From Miltoncostaeaceae bacterium (GTDB lineage: Bacteria; Actinomycetota; Thermoleophilia; Miltoncostaeales; Miltoncostaeaceae): a DNA stretch of 32,000 nucleotides. The position numbers and the translations under genes are program-made. The DNA lies in contig CAVRIV010000001.1 of the NCBI GenBank assembly GCA_963721335.1, positions 373,757 through 405,756 on the forward strand, written 5' to 3'. Shown here piece by piece: positions 8,103 through 17,389 of this stretch. Each line of letters opens with the position of its first letter. Position 1 is the first letter of the stretch. The notes beneath the pieces were generated by a model, which saw only the letters and a list, made by a program, of their open reading frames with translations, was not told where the DNA came from and made no database searches.

Positions 8103-8879
8103 TCAGCTACTCGGCTTGGCCGTCAGCGTGAGCACTCCGACGAGCGCCGCGAGCAGGCAGAGCGCGGCCAGACCCACCACGATGGCGGCGATCGCAAGGC
8201 CTCGGCCGGCCCCATGCTCGCCCGAGGCCCGGATCTCTCCCAGAGCCAGCGTCCCCAGCGCCACGCCGAGCGACGAGCCGACGATGACGATGATGCCCGC
8301 GACGCTGAGCGCGAAGGCGAGCAGGGCCTTGCCCGACGCCCTGGTGCGCTCGACCCGCCCGCTCGGGGCGTCGTCCTCCGCGTCCTCCTCCTCGGCGGCG
8401 GCACCCTCGTCGACGGGTCGCGGGGCCAGCGCCAGCGTGCGGAACCCGACCAGCATCACCGCCACGGCCACCATGGCCACCCAGAAGGCCACGGTCAGGA
8501 GGCCGCCGCCGGTGAGGAGGCTCACGTCGGCGTCGGGCGCGAGCTCGCTCGAGGTGCGGCCGTTGTACACGACCAGCGCGCAGGCCCCGGCGAGCGCGGT
8601 CGCCAGGCCGAGCCCCGCGAGCCAGAGCCACTGACGGGGCCGGAAGGCGGCGACCACGAGCGCGATTGCGATCAGCACTGCGAGTCCGCCGACCCCGCCT
8701 GGCGTCTCGAGGATCTTCGTCACGCCGGCTGCGTCACGCGAGGGCCCCTCGACCAGGTCCCACTGGGGGGCGATCGCGGCGATCACGCAGGCCACCGCGC
8801 CGAGCCCCAGGCCGGCCCGGATGGTGGTGACGCCCTCCTCGCCCCAGCCCGGATCCGCCATCCGGGGCACCCTACTCAC
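8103..8879 (-). CDS. Polytopic membrane protein with a DUF4190-like C-terminal segment
   Basis: GTG 8879 overlaps the upstream stop as GTGA (alternative ATG at 8861). There are several hydrophobic helices, an acidic linker (EGAAAEEEDAEDDA), and a C-terminus GKALLAFALSVAGIIVIVGSSLGVALGTLALGEIRASGEHGAGRGLAIAAIVVG. Confidence 0.6.
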   Translation of the reverse strand: MSRVPRMADPGWGEEGVTTIRAGLGLGAVACVIAAIAPQWDLVEGPSRDAAGVTKILETPGGVGGLAVLIAIALVVAAFRPRQWLWLAGLGLATALAGACALVVYNGRTSSELAPDADVSLLTGGGLLTVAFWVAMVAVAVMLVGFRTLALAPRPVDEGAAAEEEDAEDDAPSGRVERTRASGKALLAFALSVAGIIVIVGSSLGVALGTLALGEIRASGEHGAGRGLAIAAIVVGLAALCLLAALVGVLTLTAKPSS

Positions 8880-9145
8880 TCGTCGGGGCCGCCGATCCGC
8901 CCGTCGTCGTGGAGTTGGCCGAAGCGCGCCTGGAACCCGCGCGAGTGGACCTCGCGCACGATCCCGGTCACGAGCTCGGCCCGCTCGTCGCGGTCCATCT
9001 CCTCCAGCTGCCGGACCTGCTCGGCCGACGCGCGCACGTCGCCGACCTCGGCCAGCGCGCGCAGCGGGTCCTCGATCAGGGCGTCGCGGAAGGCCAGGTC
9101 GGCCACGGCGCGCGTCCAGATGTGGGTGGGGTCGGGGTCCTTCAT
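8876..9145 (-). CDS. Small soluble protein (89 aa) resembling the nitrile-hydratase-alpha / NHLP leader fold
   Basis: ATG 9145 overlaps the upstream stop as ATGA. The product is MKDPDPTHIWTRAVADLAFRDALIEDPLRALAEVGDVRASAEQVRQLEEM..., which matches the W..A..D..F...L..DP..AL.E.G pattern. Confidence 0.5.
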   Translation of the reverse strand: MKDPDPTHIWTRAVADLAFRDALIEDPLRALAEVGDVRASAEQVRQLEEMDRDERAELVTGIVREVHSRGFQARFGQLHDDGRIGGPDE

Positions 9146-9795
9146 GCCGTCCTCCTCGCGGGCAAGGGGATCGTGACAGGCCGGATGCCGGCCGAGCCCA
9201 CCTCCAGCACGCCGACCGAGGGCGTCATGGCGCCGGGGCCGAGCTGCCACCGGAAGCGCCGCACGGCGCGGTCCTCCACCCCGGCGAGGCCGGTCCGCGG
9301 GGCCACCGCGCCCTCGAGGCTGCCCCACGGGCAGACGGCTCCGGGCGAGAACACCAGCACACCGCCCACCTGGGCGCACGCCGGCTCGTGCCAATGGCCG
9401 TAGACGACGCAGTCCACGGGCCCGAGGCGGCGCGCCAGCGCGCGGTGCAGCCCGGCGCGGTAGCCCAGGTCGCGCCCGGCGAGCACCGCGGCCGTGATGA
9501 TCGACGCGTCCACCAGCTTGCGGCGAACGCCGTGGACGATGCCGATGCGGTGGCCGCCGGCCACGACCACGGCCGTCTCGGGCAGGGCGAGCCCGTCCAG
9601 GCGGTCGTGATCGCCGCGGACGGCCACGACCGGCGCCACCCGCTCCAGGTCGTCCAGGACCGAGGGGACGCTCAGGTCGCCGGCGTGAAGGACGAGGGCG
9701 CAGCCGTCGAGGGCCTCCAGGACCGCCTCGGGCAGCTCGTCCAGGAACTCGCCGACATGGGTGTCGGCGACGACCCCCACGCGGAGGGTGCTCAT
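9142..9795 (-). CDS. Metallophosphoesterase (YfcE/MJ0936-like)
   Basis: ATG 9795 overlaps the ddl stop as ATGA. Motifs present are VGVVADTHVG, LHAGDL, VRGDHD, IVHG and VVYGHWHEP. Confidence 0.8.
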   Translation of the reverse strand: MSTLRVGVVADTHVGEFLDELPEAVLEALDGCALVLHAGDLSVPSVLDDLERVAPVVAVRGDHDRLDGLALPETAVVVAGGHRIGIVHGVRRKLVDASIITAAVLAGRDLGYRAGLHRALARRLGPVDCVVYGHWHEPACAQVGGVLVFSPGAVCPWGSLEGAVAPRTGLAGVEDRAVRRFRWQLGPGAMTPSVGVLEVGSAGIRPVTIPLPARRTA

Positions 9796-10826
9796 CCCAG
9801 GAAGCGCCGCTCGCCGGCCGCCCGGGCGAGCGCCAGGTCGACCAGCCGGTCCACCAGGTCCGCGTAGCCGACGCCGCCGGCCTCCATCAGCGCGGCGTAG
9901 ACGCTCGTGGGCGTGAAGCCCGGGATCGTGTTGAGCTCTGAGAGCAGCACCTCGCCGTCGTCGGCGACGAAGAAGTCGACCCGTGCCAGTCCGGCGCACT
10001 CCACCGCCTGGAAGGCGCGCAGCGCCAGATCGCGGGCGCGCTCGGAGACCTCGGAGGGCAGGTCGGCGGGAACCTGGAGCCGCATCCGCCCCGCCTCGTA
10101 CTTGGTGGCGTAGTCGTACCAGTCGCCGTCGTAGAGCACCTCGCCGACCGGCGAGACGACCGGCTCGGGCTCGCCCAGCACGCCGACCTCCACCTCGCGG
10201 CCCGTGATCGCGCGCTCCACGAGCGCCTTGGGGTCGTGGGCGAAGGCCAGCTCCAGCGAGGCGTCGAGGTCGGCGGGCGCCGGGACGGGGCTGATGCCGA
10301 CGCTCGATCCGAGGCGGGCGGGCTTGCAGAAGGCCGGGTAACCGACGGTGGCGGCCACCCGCGCCCGCGCGCCCTCGGGGCCGTCGGCCCACTCGTCCAC
10401 GGTCACCGTGCAGTGCTCCGGTGTGGGGATGCCGGCGTCGCGCAGGAAGGCCTTGAAGAGGGCCTTGTCCATGGCCAGGGCCGACGCCGCGACGCCCGAG
10501 CCGACGTAGGGGACCCCGGCCGTCTCCAGCGCCCCCTGCACCCGGCCGTCCTCGCCGTGGGGGCCGTGGAGCACGGGGAAGACCGCGTCGAGCGGGCGGG
10601 CGGCGCCGCCGCCGTCGAGCGAGATGAGCAACGGCGTCCCGTCGGAGCCGGGGACCACCGCCACGGGCTCGCCCTCCACGCTCCAGCCGCCCTCACGCGA
10701 GATCAGCACCGGGATGACCTCGTATCGGTCCGGGTCGAGAGCGGCCACCACCGCCGCGGCCGATGCGAGCGACACCTCGTGCTCGCTGCTGCGGCCGCCC
10801 ATCAGCACCGCCAGGCGGCGGCTCAT
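9792..10826 (-). CDS. ddl: D-alanine--D-alanine ligase
   Basis: The product reads RLAVLMGGRSSEHEVSLASA...FPVLHGPHGEDGRVQGALETAGVPYVGSGVAASALAMDKALFK...ELNTIPGFT. Its ATG overlaps the pknB stop (ATGA). Confidence 0.93.
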   Translation of the reverse strand: MSRRLAVLMGGRSSEHEVSLASAAAVVAALDPDRYEVIPVLISREGGWSVEGEPVAVVPGSDGTPLLISLDGGGAARPLDAVFPVLHGPHGEDGRVQGALETAGVPYVGSGVAASALAMDKALFKAFLRDAGIPTPEHCTVTVDEWADGPEGARARVAATVGYPAFCKPARLGSSVGISPVPAPADLDASLELAFAHDPKALVERAITGREVEVGVLGEPEPVVSPVGEVLYDGDWYDYATKYEAGRMRLQVPADLPSEVSERARDLALRAFQAVECAGLARVDFFVADDGEVLLSELNTIPGFTPTSVYAALMEAGGVGYADLVDRLVDLALARAAGERRFLG

Positions 10827-12742
10827 CTCTTCTCGCCGCCGTCGTCCGGCGGTTGACGAACCCGCTCGTCGCCGGAGGTTTCGCCCGACGGGCCGTTGCT
10901 GACGGTGATGACGACCGTGCTGCCGGGGGCCACCGGGGTGCCGACGGCCGGGCTCGTGTCGATCACCGTGCCCGCAGGCTCGTCCGAGTCGGCCGCGTCG
11001 CTGGTGACGTTGAACCCGGCCTGCTCGAGCTTGAACCGGGCGTCATCGGCGCTGTTGCCGATCACGTTCGGAACCGGCACGTTGGCGGGGGCGACGGCGA
11101 CGGTGATGTTGACCGCCGTGCCCCGGGGCCGCGACGCGTTGGGCGCCGGATCCTGGCGCACGACGATGCCGGGCTCGAACGAGGTGCTCGGCGTCGTGCT
11201 GACGGTCCCGACCGCGAACCCCCGGTCCACGAGGAGCTGCTCGGCCTCGCTCTGCGGGCGCCGCCGGACGTCCGGCACCTGGAGGTTCTCCGGACCGCTC
11301 GAGACCACGATGGTCACCGTGCTGCCGCGGGTGGCCTGCTGGTCGGCCTCGGGGTTCTGGCGGATGACGGTCCCCTCCTCCACGTCGTCGCTGGCCTCCG
11401 GCGTGACCTTCACCTCGAAATCCGCGCGCGCCAGCTCCGCGCGCGCCTCGTCCTCCTGGTCGCCCACCACGTCCGGGACGGCCGTCTGGCCCGGTCCGCC
11501 GCTGACGACGAGGATGACGGTGTCGCCCTCGCTCACCACCTGACCGGCGGCCGGATCGGTGCGGATGGCGGTGCCCACCGGCACCCGGGCGTCCTCCACC
11601 GACTGCTGGGTCACCTCCAGGCCCGCGTCGCGAAGCGTCTGCTCGGCCTCGGCCGCGCTGCGCCCGGCCACGGGCGGGATCGTGACCGGCGTCCCGTCGT
11701 CGCCCGACAGGAGCGCGAACGCTCCCCCGGCCACGATGGCGAGCAGCACGAGGATCCCCACGATCAGCGGCCAGCGCCGGCGCCGCGGGGGCGCGGGCGG
11801 CTGCCGGGGCGGCGGCGGGCCGACGCGCGTCTGGCCCGTGACCGGGTCCGTCACGCGGGTCTGCGCGGTGGGTGGACCCGACGCCGGCAGCACGCGGGTG
11901 GTGCCGCCGCTCTCGATGGCCGCCCGTGCCTCGCCCAGCGCGTGGCTCATCTCCTCGGCCGTGCGGTAGCGCTCGGACGGGCGCTTGGCCAGCGACCGCA
12001 GGACCACGTCCTCGAGCACGATCGGGATCGCTCCCTCCAGCGTCCGCGGCGGAGTGGGCGGGTCGTTGATCTGCTTCATGGCCACGGTCACCGCGCGCTC
12101 GCCGTCGAACGGCACGCGGCCCGTGAGCATCTCGTAGAGCACGATCCCGACCGCGTAGCAGTCGCTCGCGGCGGTGACCTCGTCCCCGCGGGCCTGCTCG
12201 GGCGAGAGGTACTGAGCCGTGCCGATCACCGATCCGGCCTCGGTCATGCCGCCGTCCGCGCCGGCGCGCGCGATGCCGAAGTCGGTCACCTTCAGGTGGC
12301 CGTCCTCGGCCACGAGAACGTTCTGGGGCTTCACGTCGCGGTGGATGACGTCGCGGCGGTGGGCCGCGCCGAGCGCCGCGAGGATCTGCTGGGCGTAGTC
12401 GATCGCCTCGAGGGGCGGCAGGGGCGCCCGGGCCCGGATGACCCGCTTCAGGTCGGGGCCGGACATGTACTCCATGACGATGTAGTAGCTGCCCTCGGCC
12501 TCGCCGCGGTCGTAGACCGCCACGATGTTGGGGTGGTTGAGCCCGGCGGCGGCCGATGCCTCGCGCCGGAAGCGCTCCACGAACTGGGGGTCGGACGCGT
12601 AGGGGTCCGACAGCACCTTGACCGCCACCTGGCGGTCGAGCAGCCGGTCGTGGGCGAGGAAGACGCGCGCCATGCCGCCGGCGCCCAGCTGGCGCCCCAG
12701 CTCGTAGCGCTCGCCCACCAGGTCTCCGGGCTGGAGGCTCAT
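10823..12742 (-). CDS. pknB: Ser/Thr protein kinase PknB-type with four extracellular PASTA repeats
   Basis: Kinase motifs are GAGGMARVF, VAVKVL, HRDVKPQNVLV, DFGIA and SPEQ. The TM segment is WPLIVGILVLLAIVAGGAFALL. Four repeats follow, of the form ..VP.V.G....A...L...GF.V......S......G.V......G......V.....S.G. Confidence 0.93.
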   Translation of the reverse strand: MSLQPGDLVGERYELGRQLGAGGMARVFLAHDRLLDRQVAVKVLSDPYASDPQFVERFRREASAAAGLNHPNIVAVYDRGEAEGSYYIVMEYMSGPDLKRVIRARAPLPPLEAIDYAQQILAALGAAHRRDVIHRDVKPQNVLVAEDGHLKVTDFGIARAGADGGMTEAGSVIGTAQYLSPEQARGDEVTAASDCYAVGIVLYEMLTGRVPFDGERAVTVAMKQINDPPTPPRTLEGAIPIVLEDVVLRSLAKRPSERYRTAEEMSHALGEARAAIESGGTTRVLPASGPPTAQTRVTDPVTGQTRVGPPPPRQPPAPPRRRRWPLIVGILVLLAIVAGGAFALLSGDDGTPVTIPPVAGRSAAEAEQTLRDAGLEVTQQSVEDARVPVGTAIRTDPAAGQVVSEGDTVILVVSGGPGQTAVPDVVGDQEDEARAELARADFEVKVTPEASDDVEEGTVIRQNPEADQQATRGSTVTIVVSSGPENLQVPDVRRRPQSEAEQLLVDRGFAVGTVSTTPSTSFEPGIVVRQDPAPNASRPRGTAVNITVAVAPANVPVPNVIGNSADDARFKLEQAGFNVTSDAADSDEPAGTVIDTSPAVGTPVAPGSTVVITVSNGPSGETSGDERVRQPPDDGGEKR

Positions 12743-14172
12743 GGCCGGGCCTCGATGGCGGCGCGCATCACCTGGGCGGCGATCGGCGCCGCCACCGTGC
12801 CGCCCTCGCTCGGGGTGTCCTCGACCACGACGGCCACCGCCACCGCCGGGTCGTCCGACGGCGCGAAGCCGATGAACCAGGCCTGGTTCTTCTCCGGGTC
12901 GTCGGTCTCGGCGGTGCCGGTCTTGCCCGCCACGGTCACCCCGGCGCTCGACAGTGCGGCGGCCGTGCCGGTGCCCTCGCGCACCACGTCCTCCATCATG
13001 TCGGTCATCGCGGCCGCGTTCTCCGGGCTGGTCACCTGGCTGATCTCCTGCGGGTCGGCGCGCTGCACCACCGAGCCGCCGCGGTCGGTGATCCGCTCCA
13101 TCAGCCGGGGCGCCATCAGGGTGCCCCCGTTGGCGATGGCCCCGGCCACCATCGCCATCTGGAGCGGGGTCACGGTGAGCTGCTCCTGCCCGATCGCGAT
13201 GCGCGCCGTGTCCTCCCCCTCCTGGTCGTTGGGCAGGATCTCGTCGCCGCTGCGGCGCCCCGAGACCTGCACGTCGGGGAGGTCGATGGGCGGCCGCTCG
13301 CCGAAGCCGAACGCGGTCATCGTGGCGCCCAGACGCTCGGGGCCGAGCACGTCGCCGATGGTCGCGAAGGTGGTGTTGATCGAGAAGGTCAGCGCCGTTT
13401 GGAGGGTGTGCCGCCCGAAGCTCTGGTTTCCGAAGTTGCGGATCGGCCCGCCGGGAGTGTCGTACACGGATCCCCCCGGGAACTCGGTGTCGGGCTGGTA
13501 CACCCCGCTGTCGAGAGCGGAGGTCGCGGTGACCACCTTAAAGGTCGAGCCGGGCGGGTAGCGGCCCTGCACCGCGCGGTTGAGCAGCGGCGAGCCCTGC
13601 TGGGCGGCGATCTCCGGGAAGTCCGACGCCACCTTCGAGAGGTCGAAGCCGGGCGTCGACGCCATGGCGATCACCTGCCCGGTGCGGGGGTCGAGCGCCA
13701 CCACCGCCCCGCGCTGGTCGCCGAGCGCCTCCTCGGCCGCCTCCTGGACGCGCGTGTCCAGCGACAGCCGCACGTCCGCGCCGGCCTTCTCCTTCAGGTT
13801 CAGCCGCTGCAGCAGCGGCTCGGTGCCGAAGCTGCCCGTGAGGTACCGGTTGTACGTGGCCTCGATGCCGGTCTTGCCCTCGCGCTCGGAGCTGTAGCCC
13901 ACCACGTGCGCGGCCAGCGGCCCCCGCGGGTAGACCCGCTCGAACACCTTCTGGCCCTTCACCCGGCGCTCCCGCGTGGTGGCGAGCACCTGCCCGTCGG
14001 CGGAGACGATCCTGCCGCGGTCGATGAGCCGCTCGGCCTGGAGCGTCTGGGCGTTCCCCGGGCGGTCGCGCAGGTCCGACGCGTCCACCACCTGCCAGTA
14101 GCCGAGCATCAGCAGGAGCAGGGCGATCCCGCCGGCCATCACGAGGTAGAGGCGGCGGATGGACCTATTCAT
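12739..14172 (-). CDS. pbpA: Class B penicillin-binding protein (PbpA-type transpeptidase)
   Basis: There is an N-terminal TM anchor. The SxxK (STFK), SxN (SIN) and KTG(T) (GKTGTAE) motifs are present. The ATG overlaps the rodA stop region, and the stop overlaps the pknB ATG. Confidence 0.9.
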   Translation of the reverse strand: MNRSIRRLYLVMAGGIALLLLMLGYWQVVDASDLRDRPGNAQTLQAERLIDRGRIVSADGQVLATTRERRVKGQKVFERVYPRGPLAAHVVGYSSEREGKTGIEATYNRYLTGSFGTEPLLQRLNLKEKAGADVRLSLDTRVQEAAEEALGDQRGAVVALDPRTGQVIAMASTPGFDLSKVASDFPEIAAQQGSPLLNRAVQGRYPPGSTFKVVTATSALDSGVYQPDTEFPGGSVYDTPGGPIRNFGNQSFGRHTLQTALTFSINTTFATIGDVLGPERLGATMTAFGFGERPPIDLPDVQVSGRRSGDEILPNDQEGEDTARIAIGQEQLTVTPLQMAMVAGAIANGGTLMAPRLMERITDRGGSVVQRADPQEISQVTSPENAAAMTDMMEDVVREGTGTAAALSSAGVTVAGKTGTAETDDPEKNQAWFIGFAPSDDPAVAVAVVVEDTPSEGGTVAAPIAAQVMRAAIEARP

Positions 14173-15496
14173 CGTCGTCCTCGGTCGCCGCGCCGCGGCG
14201 CCGTCGCGGCGGGGGCGCCCCCGCCCGCGAGCGGTGGCTGATCACCAGCAGCAGGGCGACGATCCCGAAGTTCGTCACCACGCTCGAGCCCCCGTAGCTC
14301 ATGAACGGGAGGGTCACGCCGGTGAGGGGGATGAGCCGGATCACGCCGCCCACGATCAGGATGGCCTGAAGGCCGAGCGTCACCGTCAGCCCGCCGGCCA
14401 GGAGCTTCGAGAACCCGTCGGTGGCCCCCGACGCGATCACGAGGCCGCGCTGGATGAGCACCAGGAACCCCAGCAGCAGCCCGACCCCGCCCACGTAGCC
14501 CAGCTCGGTGGCGACGGCGGAGAACATGAAGTCGGTCTGCAGCAGCGGGACCACCGGCGAGCCGTCCTCGCGCACCAGGAAGCCCTTGCCCAGGCCGGGG
14601 CCCACGACCCCGCCCTGGGCCATCGCGTAGAGCGACTGGACGAGCTGGAAGCCCTGCCCGCGCTCGTCGCCGAAGGGGTCGAGCCAGTTCTGCACGCGGT
14701 CCTGGATCCGCGGCACGACCGTGTAGACCACCACCGACCCCGCCAGGAACAGGCCGAGGCCGAAGCCCGTGTAGGCCACCCGCCCGGTGGCCAGGTAGAT
14801 CATCGCCAGGAAGACGCCGAGGAACAGCAGGGCGGTGCCGAAGTCGTTCAGGATCGCCACCAGCCCGAGGCAGGCGACCAGGAAGAGCAGCACCGGGCCC
14901 AGCGCCGCCATGGGCGGCACCGGCACGCCCATCACCCGGCGCGTGGGGATCGCCAGCAGCTCGCGCTTGTCGCGCAGGTAGGCGGCCAGGAAGATCACGA
15001 TCAGCACCTTCGAGACCTCGCCGAGCTGGACGGTCTGGCCGCCGCCGATGTCGATCCACAGCTTCGCCCCGTTGATGCGGGTGCCGAAGACCATGGTGAT
15101 CACCAGCAGGCCCACCCCGGTGAGGCCGATCAGGTAGCGGTAGCGCTCCAGCACCCGGTGGTCCGGCAGGAGCAGCAGCACCGCGATGAACACCGCGCCG
15201 CCCACCGCGACCCACACCGCCTGGTCGGCCGCGAGGGCCGGGCTGATGCGGTCGAGCTCCACGAGGCCGATCGCCGTGAGCACTCCCACCGTGGGGAGCA
15301 GGTAGGGGTCGGCCTGCGGGGCACGGAAGCGCAGCGCCGCGTGCATGGCGAGGAACACCAGCACCACTCCGCCGGCCCCCGGGAGGGGGCCCAGATCGAG
15401 CTCGTCCGTGCGCGCCGTCGCCACGGAGGCCATCCCGACCAGGCCCAGCAGGGCCGCCGGGATCAGGAATCCCAGCTCGCGCGCCCGGAGGGTCAC
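14165..15496 (-). CDS. rodA: SEDS-family peptidoglycan polymerase (RodA/FtsW)
   Basis: This is a polytopic membrane protein containing ..LQTDFMFSAVATELGYVGG.. and ..IPLTGVTLPFMSYGGSS.. The GTG overlaps the pstP stop (GTGA). Confidence 0.9.
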   Translation of the reverse strand: MTLRARELGFLIPAALLGLVGMASVATARTDELDLGPLPGAGGVVLVFLAMHAALRFRAPQADPYLLPTVGVLTAIGLVELDRISPALAADQAVWVAVGGAVFIAVLLLLPDHRVLERYRYLIGLTGVGLLVITMVFGTRINGAKLWIDIGGGQTVQLGEVSKVLIVIFLAAYLRDKRELLAIPTRRVMGVPVPPMAALGPVLLFLVACLGLVAILNDFGTALLFLGVFLAMIYLATGRVAYTGFGLGLFLAGSVVVYTVVPRIQDRVQNWLDPFGDERGQGFQLVQSLYAMAQGGVVGPGLGKGFLVREDGSPVVPLLQTDFMFSAVATELGYVGGVGLLLGFLVLIQRGLVIASGATDGFSKLLAGGLTVTLGLQAILIVGGVIRLIPLTGVTLPFMSYGGSSVVTNFGIVALLLVISHRSRAGAPPPRRRRGAATEDDDE

Positions 15497-16713
15497 GGAG
15501 CGGAGGTCTCGGGGGTCGCCTCACCCGCGCCGGGCGCCGGGGGGCGCACGGGCGGTGGCTCGATGGTCGGGACGGGGGGCAGGCCGTAGCGCCACACCAG
15601 GTCGGCGGCCCGCCGCACGGCGTCGCCCTGACCCTGGGTCCACGACGACGACAGGACCTCCGGCTGCTCGGCCCGCACCGCGGCCGCGCTGACGCCGGTC
15701 TCCTGCCACGGCGACTCCAGGTCGAGGCCGGCCACCGACACCGGCAGCCCGTGCATCACGCGCACGGTGCCGTCGGGCGCCTCCTCGAGCGTGTAGTTGC
15801 GGCTCGCGACCCAGGCGAGGATGCCGGCCGCGGCCACCACCACCACGAGCGCGCCCACCACCACGCCCCGCGCCCGTGAGCGCCGGCGGGGCACGGGCTC
15901 GAGCACGCGCGGCGGGCGGGTGGTGGGGCTGGCGTGCTCCATGCCGGCATGCCCGTGGACGCCGCCGAGCACCCGCATCTCGGTCGTCTTGGCTCCGGGC
16001 TCCCGCCCCTCCGCCAGGGGCGACTCCGCGGTGCCGCCGGACTCCGCCGGCACCGGCCCCGCGCGGGCCAGGACGACGGTGACGTTGTCCGTCCCCCCGG
16101 CGGCGTTCGCGCGCTCCACCAGGGCCTCGGCCGCCTCGCGCAGGCTGGCCGCCGCGGCCAGGACGCCCGCGATGTCGCGCTCGGGCACGTAGGACGAGAG
16201 GCCGTCGCTGCAGAGCAGCACGACGTCGCCGTCGCGCAGCGGCTCGGAGACCGTGTCGGCGACCACCTCCGGCTCGGCGCCGAGCGCTCGCGTGATGACG
16301 TTCCGGTGCGGATGGTGCTCGGCGTCCTCGGCGGACAGGCTGCCGCGCCGCACCAGCTCGGCGACGACCGAGTGGTCCTGGGTGAGCTGGCGCAGCTCCC
16401 CGTCGCGCCAGAGATAGGCGCGCGAGTCGCCCACGTGCACCACGTCGAGGCGGTCGGCCGCGAGCATCGCGGCGGTGAGGGTGGTCCCCATCCCCGCCTT
16501 GTCGGGGTCCTCGCTCGCCATCCGGCGGATCGCCCGGTTGGCCTCCTGCAGCGCCCGGCGCACGTCGTCGGCGGTGACCGGCGCCGCGAGCTCGGCCACG
16601 GCCTCCACGGCCATCTGGGCGGCCACCTCCCCCGCCAGCGCCCCCCCCATGCCGTCGGCGACCGCGAGCACGCCGGGGCGCGCCAGGGAACGGTCCTCGT
16701 TGTGGCGGCGCAC
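15493..16713 (-). CDS. pstP: PP2C-family Ser/Thr phosphatase PstP (membrane-anchored). The true start is probably upstream of the listed GTG; see findings.
   Basis: The product reads RRHNEDRSLA...LAVADGMGGALAGEVAA...GMGTTLTA...HVGDSRAY...SDGL...GGTDNVTVV. The TM segment is VVGALVVVVAAAGILAWV, followed by an extracellular tail. The conserved first strand LALVELAHLSDTGR is encoded in frame upstream of GTG 16713. Confidence 0.88.
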   Translation of the reverse strand: MRRHNEDRSLARPGVLAVADGMGGALAGEVAAQMAVEAVAELAAPVTADDVRRALQEANRAIRRMASEDPDKAGMGTTLTAAMLAADRLDVVHVGDSRAYLWRDGELRQLTQDHSVVAELVRRGSLSAEDAEHHPHRNVITRALGAEPEVVADTVSEPLRDGDVVLLCSDGLSSYVPERDIAGVLAAAASLREAAEALVERANAAGGTDNVTVVLARAGPVPAESGGTAESPLAEGREPGAKTTEMRVLGGVHGHAGMEHASPTTRPPRVLEPVPRRRSRARGVVVGALVVVVAAAGILAWVASRNYTLEEAPDGTVRVMHGLPVSVAGLDLESPWQETGVSAAAVRAEQPEVLSSSWTQGQGDAVRRAADLVWRYGLPPVPTIEPPPVRPPAPGAGEATPETSAP

Positions 16714-16789
16714 GCGGCCCGTGTCCGACAGGTGGGCCAGCTCGACCAGCGCCAGCTGGCCGTCCGGAGTCGCCTCCGTGCCCAGGTCC

Positions 16790-17389
16790 CTACTCCTCGT
16801 AGCGGAGGGTCGTCTGGCCGATCCTCAGCGTGTCGTGCACCTTGAGCTGAGCGTCGTGCTCCACGCGCAGGTCGTTCAGGAAGGTGCCGTTGGTCGATCC
16901 CAGGTCCTCGACGAAGTGGTACGCCCCGCGGCGCAGGATGCGCGCGTGCATGTGGGAGACGAAGGCGTCGACGATGGAGAGGTCGGCCCCGTCGGAGCGC
17001 CCGATCGTGATGCCGCGCTCCAGCGGGATGACCCTGCCCTCCTCGAGGTCCGGGGAGGTCTCCACGACCAGGCGCGGGTCGAGGTTGAGCGAGAGGTCGA
17101 GGCGCTCGTCGTCGATCTCCAGCGCCGGGGGCAGCACCACGGGCGGAGGGACCTCCAGGGGAGGAGGGGTCTCGAGCGACGAGGGCGCCGGGGCGGCGGG
17201 CGGGACGACGGCCGCGGGCGCGGGTGCCGGCGCGGAGGCGGGCGACACGGTCGGGGACGCGTCGGCGGCGTGCGGGGGCGGGGCGTTCGGGCGCAGCTGG
17301 CGGCCGGCGCTGCGCACCACGGTCCAGACGAAGGCGTACAGGAGCACCAGGAACACGACCTCGGCGACGATCAGGCCGGTCTCGGTCAC
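16790..17389 (-). CDS. fhaB: FHA-domain protein FhaB/FipA-type (N-terminal TM helix, Pro-rich linker, C-terminal FHA)
   Basis: The TM segment is GLIVAEVVFLVLLYAFVW. The FHA domain reads ITIGRSDGADLSIVDAFVSHMHARI...VEDLGSTNGTFLN...L..D.LRIG. The GTG overlaps the fhaA stop (GTGA). Confidence 0.87.
   Translation of the reverse strand: MTETGLIVAEVVFLVLLYAFVWTVVRSAGRQLRPNAPPPHAADASPTVSPASAPAPAPAAVVPPAAPAPSSLETPPPLEVPPPVVLPPALEIDDERLDLSLNLDPRLVVETSPDLEEGRVIPLERGITIGRSDGADLSIVDAFVSHMHARILRRGAYHFVEDLGSTNGTFLNDLRVEHDAQLKVHDTLRIGQTTLRYEE

Noticed and set aside
6699-8131. ORFs 6699..8042(-) and 7385..8131(+), overlapping the secreted-protein gene
   Set aside because: These are alternative-frame or antisense shadows. 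The 6950..8053 frame has the signal peptide and a non-repetitive composition.
10763-13561. 932-aa plus-strand ORF antisense to pknB and pbpA
   Set aside because: It is the largest ORF in the window, but it runs antisense to two genes with textbook kinase, PASTA and transpeptidase motifs. Its product is His/Arg/Asp/Gly-rich with no recognisable domain.
14159-15589. ORFs 14159..15589(+) and 14169..15524(-), over rodA
   Set aside because: They are charged or Arg/Pro-rich products, incompatible with anything real here. The 14165..15496 frame encodes the SEDS membrane protein.
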